Source: Octopus sinensis | Taxonomy: Eukaryota | Reading direction: 5' to 3' | NCBI RefSeq assembly: GCF_006345805.1 | Contig: NC_043005.1 | Location: 7,378,001 to 7,442,000 of the forward strand | DNA length: 64,000 bases | Shown: one piece after another, positions 1 to 12,659 of the stretch | How positions within the stretch are numbered: position 1 is the first letter of the stretch | Layout: the number at the start of each line of letters is the position of its first letter | Notes under the pieces: model-generated | Database searches by the model: none | What the model saw: the letters and a program-made list of their open reading frames with translations, nothing else | What the model was told of the DNA's origin: nothing | Position numbers and translations under genes: made by a program

Positions 1-382
1 TCACCCAGTGCTCTGTCACCTATCAAGTTGTTACCCAGTTAAACTTTTACAAAGCTGGAGGTCCTGCAGTTATTCTGATACCTGTTGACTGTTACTAAGT
101 TGCCCCTGAATTGTACATAACTATTCATGGTGTTTGGAAAGCAACTATTCAGGCAACATATATTATAAACAATGATTTCAAACTAAGTCAAATAATAAGA
201 ATAGTAACTGAATATACTTTAGTACATGACTAGTGGTTATTTTATCAACCTTGTATAATGAAATCTAACAAAATTCAGACACACGCAACCAATGCAAAAA
301 AAAAAAAAAACCCTGCAAAAACTTTACTCTTATTGCCGATCTACAACCCTTCAAACCATAAATAATTCTTTCTGTTATAGTC

Positions 383-580
383 ACAAGGCCTAAAATTTGG
401 GAGGAGGGAGTTAGTCAATTACATCAACCCCAGTGATCCACTGGTACTTATTTTATTGAACTTGAAAGGATGAAAGGACAAGCTAACCTCAGTCAAATTT
501 GAACTCAGAATATTAAGAGCCAGAAGAAATGCCACTAAGCATTTTGCCCAATCTGCTAACAATTCTGCCAGCTGGCCATT
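383..580 (-). mobile_element. tRNA-derived SINE family B, old copy
   Basis: Reverse complement of GAGCTGGCAGAA...GAGTTCAAATT...TTTCATCCTTTC. Confidence 0.7.
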
Positions 581-1226
581 TTCCTTCAAACCATAAATAA
601 TAGAAATAAACAATAATAATGATAATGATGCCAATAAATTATCATTAGTGAGTAATAGATTTGCATGTCCAAATGAAAATATATATATATTAATGTTCAT
701 GCAAAAGATATGAACTTGCCTTAATTACATCTAAAAATCTTAAGCTATATGAGAAAGTCTCAAAAATCATTCCATTAAACTGACCATGGTTTATTCTGAC
801 AGTAAAAGTCAGCTGTTGGCTAACTATCAGTTAAATCCAAACTAATTATGAAGCAAACTATCACAAGATCCGATATTTTGTAAACTTCTTTTAGGCTCTT
901 TGGCTACTGTTTAACTCCAGATAAACATAGTCAAGCAAACTTATGACTAAAGACATTCCTGTCATGACCAACCAATATTCTTTGTAAACTTAGAACTATT
1001 TTATCCAATATACCCTTTCCTTTTAAACGTGATAGAGTAACATTGAAAAAGATACGGTTACTATTTCTAGCAAGTGAGTAACCACATTGTCACTTCTTCA
1101 TTGATTCATCTTTGGTCTATATTGTATTACATGGCATGTAGTGGCAAATTATGTCTGAAATCAACATACTATCTTAAAAACAAAATCAAAAATTAATTCA
1201 AAAGAGTATGATATTATATTACTTAC

Positions 1227-1308
1227 AATATTTGCTAAAGCTTTTGAGCCTGAATAAATTGAAATAACAAATAGCATGAACTCAGGCAACCAATATAAAA
1301 AGAATTTT
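1227..1308 (-). CDS. TMEM241: TMEM241-like coding exon 4 (KFFLYWLPEFMLFVISIYSGSKALANI); gene continues left of the window
   Basis: 82-nt exon, ttcttttttcag acceptor and GTAAGT donor. Aligns with vertebrate WLPASVLFVGIIYAGSRALSRL. Confidence 0.92.
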
Positions 1309-1972
1309 CTGAAAAAAGAAATATATACAAATGTGTGTTATAAGTTATAAAAATAAAAGTTTGTGTATGCATAAATGTCTGCATGTATATACATGTTCTT
1401 ATTGGTCATTGATGGTCTTCCTCAGTCACAAGTTAACAGCCAGCATGTGTGTGTGTATGTATGCTAAGTCCAGGAATGAAGGTTATGATATTACAGCCCA
1501 ACAAGCTGGGCAACCAGATTTCTTTAGGAATTTAGAGTGGACCCTAGAATTAGTGGGACATAAGAAAGGATTTGTGAAGCTAGCTGATAGAAAGTAGGCA
1601 ATGTAAAAGTCTCACAAACTTGTTCAGATGCTTCTATCTGTCCGAAAGGTAGTGAATAGATTTCTCGAAAATTCCAATGTTGAATACGGACAAACTGCTT
1701 GGTTATCCAAATCATAACTAGATAGAGTATTCTGTAGACTAGTAGATAGGGATAGCATAGGTTGTCCACAATTCAAAATTACTACCTACACAGGTCACCA
1801 ATCTGTGATCTGTGTGGTCAACCTAGATAGGATCTGTAGGCAAGGACCCAATAACTGAAAGCTGAATGTGTCACTCTCAGTGCTTTAAGCTTTCAGAAAC
1901 AGTGTCAACAAAAGAGTTAAACAAGCATAAACAAAAGGTAGTACAGGTACACCTAAAAAGGCAATTAAAGTA

Positions 1973-2529
1973 TTGGGTTGTCTGGAAAGTTCATGCCAAT
2001 TTATAGTAGCTTACCTTCTGACTTATTTTAGAACATGTTTGAGTCCATAAAATAGGATTTGACTACACCTCCATTTAGAGCGCAGTTTAAGCTATCTTTT
2101 CATGGAAGAAGGTTTTTATGTTCCTATAACCTGTGTTGATTCTCTAACCCTTTAAAATGGAAGATAAGAAAGTTCTTTTTCGGCACTTGATGCTTTGGGA
2201 ACCAGACAAAAATTGCGGGGATGCATTACCCCACCCTCCATATTCACCAGATATTGCTCCTTTGGATTTCCACTTATTCAAGTCTCTGCAGAATAGTCTT
2301 AATGGTAAAACTTTCAATTCCTTGGATGATGTAAAAAGATACCTTGATGAATTCTTTGCCATGAAACCAACTCAATTCTGGGAAGAGGGTATTTTCAAGT
2401 TAAAGGAAAGATGGAGATGCATTGTGTAACAAAATGGTTCATATTTGGTTGATTAAAAATGTAATGGCAAGTATTTATTGACCTTTATCTTTCCTTTAAA
2501 AATCGGCATGAACTTTCCAGACAACCCAA
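1973..2529 (+). mobile_element. Internally deleted mariner with a transposase C-terminal remnant
   Basis: ~30-bp TIRs (ttgggttgtctggaaagttcatgcc / ggcatgaactttccagacaacccaa), TA on the left; ORF 2157-2429 carries HPPYSPDIAPLDFHLF. Confidence 0.9.
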
Positions 2530-2559
2530 CAGAATCAATAAAGTTTAGTAAGGAAATAG

Positions 2560-3910
2560 TGACAGAAAATAAAAAAAATAATAACAGATTATAGGGAAAC
2601 CTAGTTAGAAACTTTGAAGAGACACACAGGAAAAGCAATGCAACTAATGTGCTAGTGACAAGATTAGCCCTTGACCTAATCTTGGAATTCATCAACTTGG
2701 AGAAAACTTTTGACAAGGTACCTTGCTCCCTTATCTGGTAGTTATTGCAGAAGCTAGGAGTTGATGAATAGCTAGAGAGAGCAGTTCAACCCATGTACAA
2801 GGACATTGTCAATAAAGTGAGAATTAACAATAAGTACGGTGATGAATTTAGTGTGTAGATAGTTCATCAGGGCTCAGTTACCAGGCCCCTCCTAAATATC
2901 ATAATGCTCCAAGCCATAACAGAGGGATTTAAGAGCAGTTACCCATAGGAACTCCTCTTTGCTGATGACTTTGTTCTTGCAGCTGAAACTCTTGTAGAAA
3001 TGGAAATGAAATTCCAGGTGTTGAAGCAAAACTTGGAGTCAAAGGGTCTTAATTTTAACTTAGCAAAGACCAAAGTACTAGTTAGCAGGAAAACAGATAT
3101 GAGACAAATCCCTTTGGGCCAATGACTCTGTTTGATATGTATAAGTATTGGTAGAAATTCTACATGGTGTAATTTATGGATACACAAGAAGTGCAGTGGA
3201 ATTACAGGAAGGTTAACAGAGGAAGTAGACTTTGTGGCAGATGCATACTTGTGGAAAACACTAAGAACACATGGGAAATAAATTTTCTGCAATGCCTAAG
3301 AGGACACCTAGATGTGGTAGATATTTTCTGCTATCAAAATGATGTAATTAGCAGTAGAGGAAGATGCTGTCAAAGTATAGTTGCTAGAAAAAGAAGTAGC
3401 TGAAGAAATTTCAGATAACTCTTATCTCTGTTGGTAACAAAATTTCTCTCTTTCAGAGTGAAAGGCAAATTGTATGATGCTTATGTACAAAAAGTAATGC
3501 TAGATGGCTGGGAAACATGGGTTAGGAATGTAGAGGACATGCAAAGACTGGAAAGAAATGAAGCTAGCATGCTCTGATAATTATGCAATGTCAGTGTTCA
3601 TGTATGACATAATACCGATGTGTTGAGAGAAAAATTGGGCACAAGAAGAATCAGATTTGGTGCATAGGAGAGAAAACTGTGCCAGTGTGGTCATGGGATG
3701 TGGATACATGAGAATAGCTGTGTAAAGAAATGATTATAAGAAGATCATTAAACATGGAAGGAACCTTTGGAAAAAGGAGACCCCAGAAGATGTGCAATGA
3801 AATGGTGAAAACTGACCTCAGGATGTTGAGCCTCCTGGAAGAGATGATGGGAACTGTGATGAATGGTGATTGGCTCTGCTTGGGAAAACCTGACCATCTC
3901 AGCAAAACTG
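2560..3910 (+). mobile_element. Degenerate RTE-clade LINE, RT and C-terminal region
   Basis: Frameshifted remnants resembling F(I)xLEKxFDKVP, HQGSV, ELLFADD and GRP-K-W motifs. Confidence 0.8.
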
Positions 3911-4629
3911 AGTTTTATCCAGCCTTTCCCCACAACTCATCTTCTAACACCCATTTCTTTATCAATCTTCTGTGGTATTACTCATTCAGGTACTGTAAAT
4001 GATACCTCTTATTCCCTTGCACTTTACATTGAATCCCTACTACTCTCCATTATCATCGCCTTCCTTGTTGACCACTTAGTTTCTTCCTTCATGTCTCTCA
4101 TAAGTAATATTCACTGCATCTAACTCAAACCCCATCTCTAATGATTTATCTCACTGTTTTGACTCTAGAACACTTACCTACCCACCCACACTTTCTGTCC
4201 CCTCTATCCTATTCTCTCTTTCATGTTCACCTTGTACCTTGACCCCACTTCTCTCTCTCTCTTTCCAGATGGGGAAGCTATGTATTCATGTCTTCAGTAA
4301 GGTACCTGCTCCTGTCCCTTTATCATATTTTCATATTCCTCAAATACTATACCATACTCAGTTGAGAATGGGGTCTTGTCTTACGGGTACTCAATGATCT
4401 CACTAGTGCTGCTGCCTTAAAATATGTACCCAGTACACACTATGAAGTGGTTGGCATTAGGAAGAGCATCCAACCATGCTGAAGCAGATATTGGAGCATG
4501 GCACGGCTCTCTGGTTTATCAGTTCACGTTGAATCATCGAACTCATGCTGGTATAGCTTCATTAAGCTATACACACAAAAATCAACTGGGAACAAGAGGA
4601 GTGTGTTGGCATAATATTTATTTTATTTC

Positions 4630-4958
4630 ATACCTGTGCCGGTGGCACGTAAAAAGCACCATCCAAACGTGGCCGATGCCAACGCCGCCTTGGCTGGCTT
4701 CCGTGCCGGTGGCACGTTAAAAGCACCAACTGATCGTGGCCGATGCCAGACCCTCCTGGCACCTGTGCAGGTGGCACGTAAAAAGCACCCACTACACTCG
4801 CGGAGTGGTTGGCGTTAGGAAGGGCATCCAGCTGTAGAAACACTGCCAGATCAGACTGGAGCCTGGTGCAGCCCCTGGCTTCCCAGACCCCAGTCGCACC
4901 GTCCAACCCGTGCTAGCGCGGAAAACGGACATTAAACGATGATGATGATGATGATGAT
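4630..4958 (+). mobile_element. 5'-truncated RTE 3' end (3'UTR with internal tandem repeat and (GAT)n tail)
   Basis: Three GTGGCACGTAAAAAGCACC-type units, then GGTTGGCGTTAGGAAGGGCATCCAGC and a (GAT)n tail. Confidence 0.9.
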
Positions 4959-5252
4959 TCAGTTATACACCGTGAGGGTGAATGCAATCAGACATCTAAA
5001 GTCTCTGACAAAAGTCCTACCAAACCAGTAGTCCCTTCACTGCAGACCAATTCCCTAGCTAGCCAGTGAAGTTCCTGTCTACAGTTCATATGTTATCAGT
5101 CCTTAGGCAGTGCCCTACACTTGCATGGAAAAAAGGATATAAATGATAATATATTTATATACAGTAATAGTTAGGTATTTGGTCTGCTCTGAGCACTAAT
5201 TGTCTGCATCACTTAAATACCCTTTGACATATTCTTATCTATTATATGCACA

Positions 5253-5540
5253 CATCATCATCATCATCGTTTAGCATGGGTTGGACGGTTCGACCGGGGA
5301 TCTGTGAAACCAGAAGGCTGCACCAGGCTCCAGTCTGATTTGGCAGTGTTTCTACAGCTGGATGCCCTTCCTAACGCCAACCACTCTGTGAGTGTAGTGG
5401 GTGCTTTTTACGTGCCACCCGCACAGGTGCCAGACGGAGCTGGCAAACGGCCACGGACGGATGGTGCTTTTTACGTGCCACCGGCACGGGGGCCAGGCGA
5501 GGCTGGCAATGGCCACAAACGGATGGTGCTTTTTACCATG
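5253..5540 (-). mobile_element. 5'-truncated RTE 3' end, inverted relative to 4630-4958
   Basis: (CAT)n head on the + strand and the same body. Confidence 0.9.
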
Positions 5541-5723
5541 ATAGATCTTCAATAAACTTATATCTGTCTGCATGTGTGTGTGTGTGTGTGTGCATCTTTA
5601 TAAGTGGTATCAGAGATCAATGTATTACACATAATATATAAAACAACTTAAAGAGAAATTTAGTCAACATATCTGAGTATTTACTATTATGCCAGATAAA
5701 AATGAGAAAAAAAGGTCTCTTAC

Positions 5724-5804
5724 TTGTTTCCATCCCACAGCAAATTTATATTTCCAGTCATCATGTTCAGCTTGATAAAAATTACTCCCACAAAACACTG
5801 CCAT
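5724..5804 (-). CDS. TMEM241: TMEM241-like coding exon 3 (WQCFVGVIFIKLNMMTGNINLLWDGN-K)
   Basis: 81-nt exon, tttcatcag acceptor and GTAAGA donor. Phase 2 at both ends, matching its neighbours; aligns with vertebrate WQTLIGG.... Confidence 0.88.
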
Positions 5805-6890
5805 CTGATGAAATAAATATGGATACTGGCCTAGAAACATATATTAAGAACTACAGGAGGCATATATATTCAACAAATATTTAGAAATTGTTAACAAACA
5901 CAACACATTTTAAACACAAACCTTTTAAAATATACAACACCATATTGTAGATGGCTAACTGTTTGTGAGGTTATCCAGCATACATCTTGACTATAAAACC
6001 TCTAAGATCTATAATGTTTTTCATGGAGTACTATAAGGTTTGTTCATTTGGTCTTTAGTCTTCACTTTTATGACCTTCTTTACTACCTCACATACTACAA
6101 ATCTGGTATATCTTAATAATACTCTTTCCACTACATCTTAGACATTTTTATAAAACAACTGATACATTTACAGTTTAAAAGCACAATTCTTCATGAACAC
6201 AGCAATCTTGCTCGTTAGATTGTTTTTTTAAAAGATTAGCCAGAGGTGGGGCAGTGCCTGAAGCTTTTACAATATTTTCTGATTCTAAAGAAGAATTTTT
6301 GTCTTTACGATGCAGTTTTGATAATATGATGCATGGGAGGTAATCATGATAGATCTTCAATAATTATTTGATGTGACTTAGAGGGTTTTAATTATAAAGC
6401 ATTCTTGTGTAGAGAGGGTAATGTCAAGGTGGACTGTCTCTTTGATGCACAAAGAGATTGGAATTTCGGGGGGGGGGTCTCTTTTTTTCCACTACTGAAA
6501 AAGATGTGGCTGTCATGTTCCCACTAAACTATTTTCTTAAGCTCTGTGTTCATTCAAATAGCTTAGATTAAATATAAGGTATTTAAAACACATATAGATG
6601 ATGTCAGTGTGAGGAAGTTTGAAGTACAAAGAAAATTATCATCTCCATCAGGGTGTGTTGTTGGAAACAAGGTAACATGGTATTTAATTACATTCTTTTA
6701 TTTTGAGATGAAATCCTCCCAAAGTTAATATTGATTTTCATCTTTCTAGTTACAACAAAATAATTACTAAAATAAGTCCTTAGATCAATACCCACCAATT
6801 ATTTCTGACCTTGTGCAATGCTAGAAATAGTTATTTTAATTATAATCAGACCCAAATATGTAAATATAAATTGGTGTAGCAAATACTTAC

Positions 6891-6937
6891 CCTTGAAAAA
6901 TAGTAGGATGAGTAAATTTTAAGACAGATAAAACATA
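6891..6937 (-). CDS. TMEM241: TMEM241-like coding exon 2 (YVLSVLKFTHPTIFQG)
   Basis: 47-nt exon, ttctttacag acceptor and GTAAGT donor. Nearly identical to the recalled vertebrate motif YVLSVLKFTYPTLFQG. Confidence 0.93.
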
Positions 6938-7234
6938 CTGTAAAGAAGAAAAATATTCTTTATTAACGACATAGTTCTTGATGAAGATGAAAATGAGGGA
7001 AACTAGGGAAAATTGTTAGGTAATGTGTGATAATAAAACAGTATGTTATTAAGTAAACTAGTAGATAATAAAGATGTAAATTCACTTAAATATACTTAAT
7101 TAAAGCCATCAGAATAGTCTGGGGCATAAAAATGAAGTCTATGAGTAAAATCAGTACAGACTAGATTAAGAAAAGTTAATATTATAAATGTGATAAAGGC
7201 AGTGAGCAGGTGGAAATGTTATCTTCACTGAACA

Positions 7235-7410
7235 AAATGCTTAGTGGCATTTTTTCCAATTTTACATTCAGAGTTCAAATGCTATCAGGGTTAACTTTGC
7301 CTTTCATCTTTTTGGGGTCAATAAAATAAGTAGTAATTGTGCACTAAGGTCAATGTAATCGACTTAACTCCCACCCCAAAATTTCTGGCCTTGTGCCAAC
7401 ATTTGAAACC
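7235..7410 (+). mobile_element. SINE-B, old copy
   Basis: cagagttcaaatgc...ctttcatctttttggggtcaataaaataagtag. Confidence 0.7.
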
Positions 7411-7924
7411 ATTGTTATAAATGAGACAATTACAAATGTAAATTAAAGGTAGTATATATATATTTAATGAACTCGAGCTTTCCACATATTCAGTTTTATT
7501 GGGTGACAAACTTCTTTTTCAATAAAAACAGTTAAAAGATACCAGAACTCATCTGTTACATTGGCTATCCTAAGTCACTAGGTATACATTCTGTTGGAAG
7601 ATTTTAGTTTTTATGACAAATGTCATGTCTATTTGAATCTATATGTTACATAGTATAGAGAAAATGTGCTAAAACAATGGAAAACTGGATGTCATCCAAC
7701 TGGGCTCTCAAAGCCACTCACCTGATGACATGTGGATACACAGCTGCTGCTGGATCATATTATTCATATAATATTTATGTAAAAGTATGACATGGAAAAA
7801 TTAGCAACTAACAGCTGTAACCAATCCACAGAAACAATTGTTGTGATTAGTGATTAAAGCTAGTTCATTCCATTTTCTTGTTTTGTAAATTTATGTGTGT
7901 GTCACTGTCATCCATACATACAGG

Positions 7925-8135
7925 CTTGTCCTTTGCAGGTGCCAGTGCCACATAAAATGCACTCATGCCAGTGTTGTGTAAATACACCTGTGCAGTTGGC
8001 ATATAAAAAGCACCCAACATACTCTGTAAAGTGGTTGGCAGTAAGAAGGGCATCCAGTCATAGAAACCATGCCACAACAGACAACTGGAGCCTGACCAGC
8101 CCCATAGCAAGCTGTAGAACCCATATAAGCATGGA
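7925..8135 (+). mobile_element. Older RTE 3'-end fragment
   Basis: ggcatataaaaagcacccaacatactctgtaaagtggttggcagtaagaagggcatccag. Confidence 0.75.
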
Positions 8136-8149
8136 AATTTTTTTTTTCT

Positions 8150-8463
8150 ACTCAAGGCACAAGGCTCGAAATTTTTGGGGAGGGGGCCAGTTGATTAGAT
8201 CGATCCCAGTACACAACTGGTACTTAATTTATCTATTTCTTTACTACCCACAAGGGGCTAAACACAGAGGGGACAAACAAAGACAGACAAAGAGTTTAAG
8301 TCGATTACATCGACCCCAGTGCGTAACTGGTACTTAATTTATCGACCCTGAAAGGATGAAAGGCAAAGTCAACCTCGGCAGAATTTGAACTCACAACGTA
8401 ATGACAGACAAAATACCGCTAATCATTTCGCCCGTACTAACATTTCTGCCAGCTCGCCACCTT
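8150..8463 (-). mobile_element. Young SINE-B nested in an older SINE-B
   Basis: Family body with the cccttgtgggtagtaaagaaatag tail. Confidence 0.85.
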
Positions 8464-8727
8464 AAAATAAGCATACATGGTAAGAATTTTTGAGATAAAT
8501 TTTGATGACAAATGGACATATGATAATGATTATCCAATATATATATATACACACAGAGAAAGAGAAATTGAGAAAGGGAAGTGAGAAGTTTCCACGTAGT
8601 GAATTCAAAAACAAAGCCACATAATGTGCTTGACCCCTATTTTGTATTTTTCTTCAATCAGAATGAATCTATAAATATTTGAATTTTATGCATATTTTCA
8701 AAAGATCTGAAGAGAAAAAGTTCTTAC

Positions 8728-8808
8728 CTTGTTTACATAACAAGTTGCAATGAAAAGTAGACAGAATAGAATGCACTGAAGATATACATTCAGTTGCTTA
8801 AATATCAT
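8728..8808 (-). CDS. TMEM241: TMEM241/SLC35D4-like nucleotide-sugar transporter, first coding exon (MIFKQLNVYLQCILFCLLFIATCYVNK)
   Basis: ATG at 8808-8806; exon 8728-8829 has a polypyrimidine+AG acceptor and a GTAAGA donor. Splices in frame to the next three exons. The peptide resembles the vertebrate TMEM241 N-terminus ending ...TNK (recalled, not searched). Confidence 0.88.
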
Positions 8809-9045
8809 GATTGTATAATGGAAACAAAGCTAAAACAAAAAAAAAAAAGGAATTTTATTTAGGCAAAAAATAAAAAGAATAATGATCAACAAAAAAAAAT
8901 TATATGAATTTTTAAGATAAATTTTGATAATTTTATGTTGTGTTTAGGGATATTTGTCAATCATCTTCAACACAGGTTTTTAATTAGTCTGTTTAGTATG
9001 CATGTTTAAAGTAGTTCTAATTTTAGATATAGACAAGGGAATATA

Positions 9046-9444
9046 TCTTTATATATAAAAGTGAAGTTGTGTGCTGTCTGTCTCCTATGATTTAGATTCC
9101 TAACTACTCTCACATTTTGCGGTGCAGTTTAACCAAAACCGGGTATCTTATAGTCGTCATTCATATCGAGCCCTTCTGGGTATTAGCGCACGTCTACGAT
9201 GAGTCTACGATTTTAAAAATAATTTACTATCTTTTTTTTCCATTTTAATGCATTTTTTCGCTATTATAAAAGGGAAGTAACTCTCTAAAAATGTCTACGA
9301 TGAGTCAACGATTTTTTAAAAAGTTTACCATCATTTTTTTTCCATCTTTAATGCATTTTTTTGCTATTTTTTGGCTATAACTCTAAAAATGCTTATATAG
9401 TTATTTCCCTTACAAATCCGAGCAACGCCAGGCGATACTGCTAG
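9046..9444 (+). mobile_element. Non-autonomous Helitron-like element
   Basis: A|TCTTTATATATAAAA 5' end, subterminal hairpin, CTAG|T 3' end, no TSD. Confidence 0.75.
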
Positions 9445-9936
9445 TTGTAAATATAGATAATATGTTACTGATATTGTATAAATATATGGGTGCAACTACT
9501 TAACCTAGTGGTTAAGGTGTTGCACTCAGGATTGCCAGATTGTTGGTTCAATTCCCATACTAGGTAGTGTGTTTTGTTCTTCAGCATAACACTTCATTTC
9601 ATTTCACATTGTTCTAGTGCTGTGTGGGTATTGGCATGCCAACCATTAGACCCAACGTTTCCACTGCATGTTGTGAAAGGTGACTAAAAGAGGCTGATTT
9701 GCACTCTGACCTCGTAAAACACTCATAGCAATGGCTTTCCAAATAGACCTATGGGTTGAAGAGTTAGTACCTGAATGGTGCAAAGGTGGCATCTACCAGA
9801 AGCAGGAAATCACCAACAAATGGTGGATGCAGTAATGTGCTATTACAGTGCATGCACCCATACTACTGCTTACATTGATATTGAATCTTTTGCCTAAACA
9901 AAATTTTGGCTAGTAATTAATATTTCTACATGTTAA

Positions 9937-10148
9937 CCCTTTTGTTACTAACCCGGCCAAAACCGGCTCTGAGGTAAAATGTCTTGTTTTCATAAGTTTT
10001 GAATTAAAATATTCCACCAAGCCTTAATCACAATTTACGTTCCTAACACTAGCTTGATGATAACTAAGTTATTTTACTAAATTCTTTGTTATATTCAAAA
10101 TAATTGAAAGAAACACAGCATCTCAAAATAAATACAGTAACAAAAGGG
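9937..10148. mobile_element. piggyBac-like MITE family 1
   Basis: TTAA on both sides; TIRs CCCTTTTGTTACT / AGTAACAAAAGGG. Confidence 0.85.
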
Positions 10149-10593
10149 TTAAAGCTACCAGTGGCATAGTGGGGAGGGGGATTGGCAGCACTGTGAGGTA
10201 ACCAAACTGGCCACTCCCTTTCTTAAATGTAAAATACTTTTGACAACAGAAAAATACACACACGTGAGCAGACCCAGCCAGTCTAACACACACACACACT
10301 TGTGCTATGTCACTGAAAGCAACAGAAACTGCACTGACCAGTGCTGTGAAATAAAATTGTTTCTGATTTAGGCACGAGGCCTGCAATATTGAGAAGAGAG
10401 AGATAGTCAATACCATTGTCTATCATTGTCCTCAGTAATTTATTGGTACTTTATATTATCAATCCTGGAGAAATATAAGCGATGTCGACCTTGATAGGAT
10501 CTGAACTTGGAAAGCAAAGAGCTAGAAGAAATACCACAAGGCATTTTGCCCAAAACTTTTAATGGCTCTACCAAACAATTTCTACAACATAGT

Positions 10594-10595
<2 letters not shown>

Positions 10596-10632
<37 letters not shown>
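10596..10632. repeat. (AAT)n microsatellite
   Basis: Direct reading. Confidence 0.95.
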
Positions 10633-10633
<1 letters not shown>

Positions 10634-10829
10634 TTTCTAATAGAGACATAAAGCAATCAATTTAGAGTAAGGGAACAGTTATGTCAACCTCAAAAAGATG
10701 AAAGGCAAAGTTGAGCCCAATGAGTTTTGAGCCAAAAATTAAAGGGGTGTAAGTAAAAGCTGCTGAGCAATCTGTCAACTACTTTACTAATTCTATTATC
10801 AACTATCATTTAATAATAATAGTAATATA

Positions 10830-11056
10830 TTTCTTTACTACCCACAAGGGGCTAAACACAGAGGGGACAAACAAGGACATACAAACGGATTAAGTCAATT
10901 ACATCAACCCCAGTGTGTAACTGGTACTTAATTTATCGACCCCGAAAGGATGAAAGGCAAAGTCGACCTCGGCGGAATTTGAACTCAGATCGTAGCGGCA
11001 GACGAAGTACAGCTACGCATTTCGCTCGGCGTGCTAACGTTTCTGCCAGCTCACCA
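10830..11056 (-). mobile_element. SINE-B, young copy
   Basis: Family body. Confidence 0.88.
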
Positions 11057-11072
11057 TGGCAGAATAATAATC

Positions 11073-11450
11073 ATCATCATCATCATCATCAGTTAGCATC
11101 CGCTTTCCATGCTAGCATGGGTTGGACGGTTCAACTGGGGTCTGGGAAGCCCGAAGGCTGCACCAGGCCCAGTCTGCTCTGGCAGTGTTTCTACAGCTGG
11201 ATGCCCTTCCTAACGCCAACTACTCCGTGAGTGTAGTGGGTGCTTTTTACGTGCCACCCGTACAGGTGCCAGACGGAGCTGGCAAACGGCCACGGACAGA
11301 TGGTGCTTTTTACGTGCCACCGGCATGGGGGCCAGGCGAGGCTGGCAATGGCCACGATCGGATGGTGCTTTTTACGTGCCACCGGCACGGGGGCCAGGTG
11401 AGGCTGGCAACGGCCACAAACGGATGGTGCTTTTTACATGCCACCGACAC
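11073..11450 (-). mobile_element. RTE 3' end with four tandem units
   Basis: (CAT)n followed by the family body. Confidence 0.9.
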
Positions 11451-11734
11451 GGAAATTATAATGTGTTTGCTTAAACATCAGTTACTCTCAGACAAACTAA
11501 CAGTTGGCTGAATATGATCCCATCAGCAATGTCTATAATCTTTTGACTAAGCAGAAGCATATACTAGAGAACACCAACCACTTATAATTAAATAACAGGC
11601 ATGTTTTTATGAAGCAAGATGAGAAATGGATAGGTATATTATACCATCAACATATGAGTCTTCTGTCAGTAGAATTACCAAACAACTATCAAATTTGTCT
11701 AAAGCCAATGGAAGGTAGTTCATCGGTATTATTA

Positions 11735-11997
11735 TCTTTATATATAAAAGTCAAGTTGTGTGTCTGTCTCCTACGATTTAGATTCCTAACTACTCCCACA
11801 TTTTGCGGTGCAGTGTAACCAAAACCGGGTATCTTATAGTCATGATTCATATGAGTCTACGATTTAAAAAAAATTTACCATCATTTTTTCCCATTTTTAA
11901 TGTATTTTTTGCTATTATATAAGGGAAGTAACTCTCTAAAAATGCTTATATAGTTATTTCCCTTACAAACCCGAGCAACGCCGGGCGATACTGCTAG
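11735..11997 (+). mobile_element. Non-autonomous Helitron-like element, same family, shorter
   Basis: Same termini; cccgagcaacgccggg hairpin before CTAG. Confidence 0.75.
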
Positions 11998-12659
11998 TTG
12001 TTACTAAAAGAAAGCATATATAAGTGATATTACCTTTCTCTCTTCATCTCAACAAAATTCCTTTGACTCAGGATTTCTGACACCACAAGTTGAAAGAAAG
12101 CATGCTTCTCCTACAGGTTATCATTTGCACTAATCACCGTTGAAGTTCTCAGTGGAATGGATATGGTTCTTTTGCTGAAATGTTGATAATGATTCAGGTG
12201 AGAACACATTGCTAACATTTAAAACAAACACAAAAATCATCAGGTTTGCATTAACAAAGTTCTTAGAGTAATTTTGTTGATTTTGTAAACAAAAATAATT
12301 ACTCTTAAAAAAAAATGTATAATAAATCAACTCAGAAAAATGAAAAGCAATATCAAACTCAGTAAGATTTGAACTAGATAGGTTATTAATACTGCAAGAC
12401 TTTTTGCTTGGTGTTTGACTGATTCCGACATCTTTCACACTTGATAATAATGACTTCTAACATAGGTGCAACGCTAAACAATTTAATTAATTGATTAAAT
12501 TGTCCCAATGTTTGACTGATAGTTATTTTATTGACTAAGAAGAAAAAAAGAAAGATTTGACCACAAAAGATAACTAAATAACTTAAAGCAGTTTACATAC
12601 CAATCTAAAGAATATACCATTCACTAGTCTCCACCCACTCCTCTTCTTAATAATAATAA

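Noticed and set aside
1-1226. Search for TMEM241 exon 5
   Set aside because: No segment with suitable splice sites and a matching peptide was found; a GC-donor candidate near 715 has in-frame stops. The exon is probably left of the window.
4637-4790. CRISPR-like look: GTGGCACGTAAAAAGCACC repeats separated by short intervening sequences
   Set aside because: The intervening sequences are homologous to one another, the array is part of a LINE 3'UTR present in many dispersed copies, the context is eukaryotic and there are no cas genes.
12034-12438. 102-aa ORF at 12130-12438 and a possible 77-nt exon at 12034-12110 (AG|GTAATA donor)
   Set aside because: No recognisable homology and a weak acceptor with a poor pyrimidine tract. 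It could be a leader exon, which would alter the uORF model, but the sequence alone does not support it.
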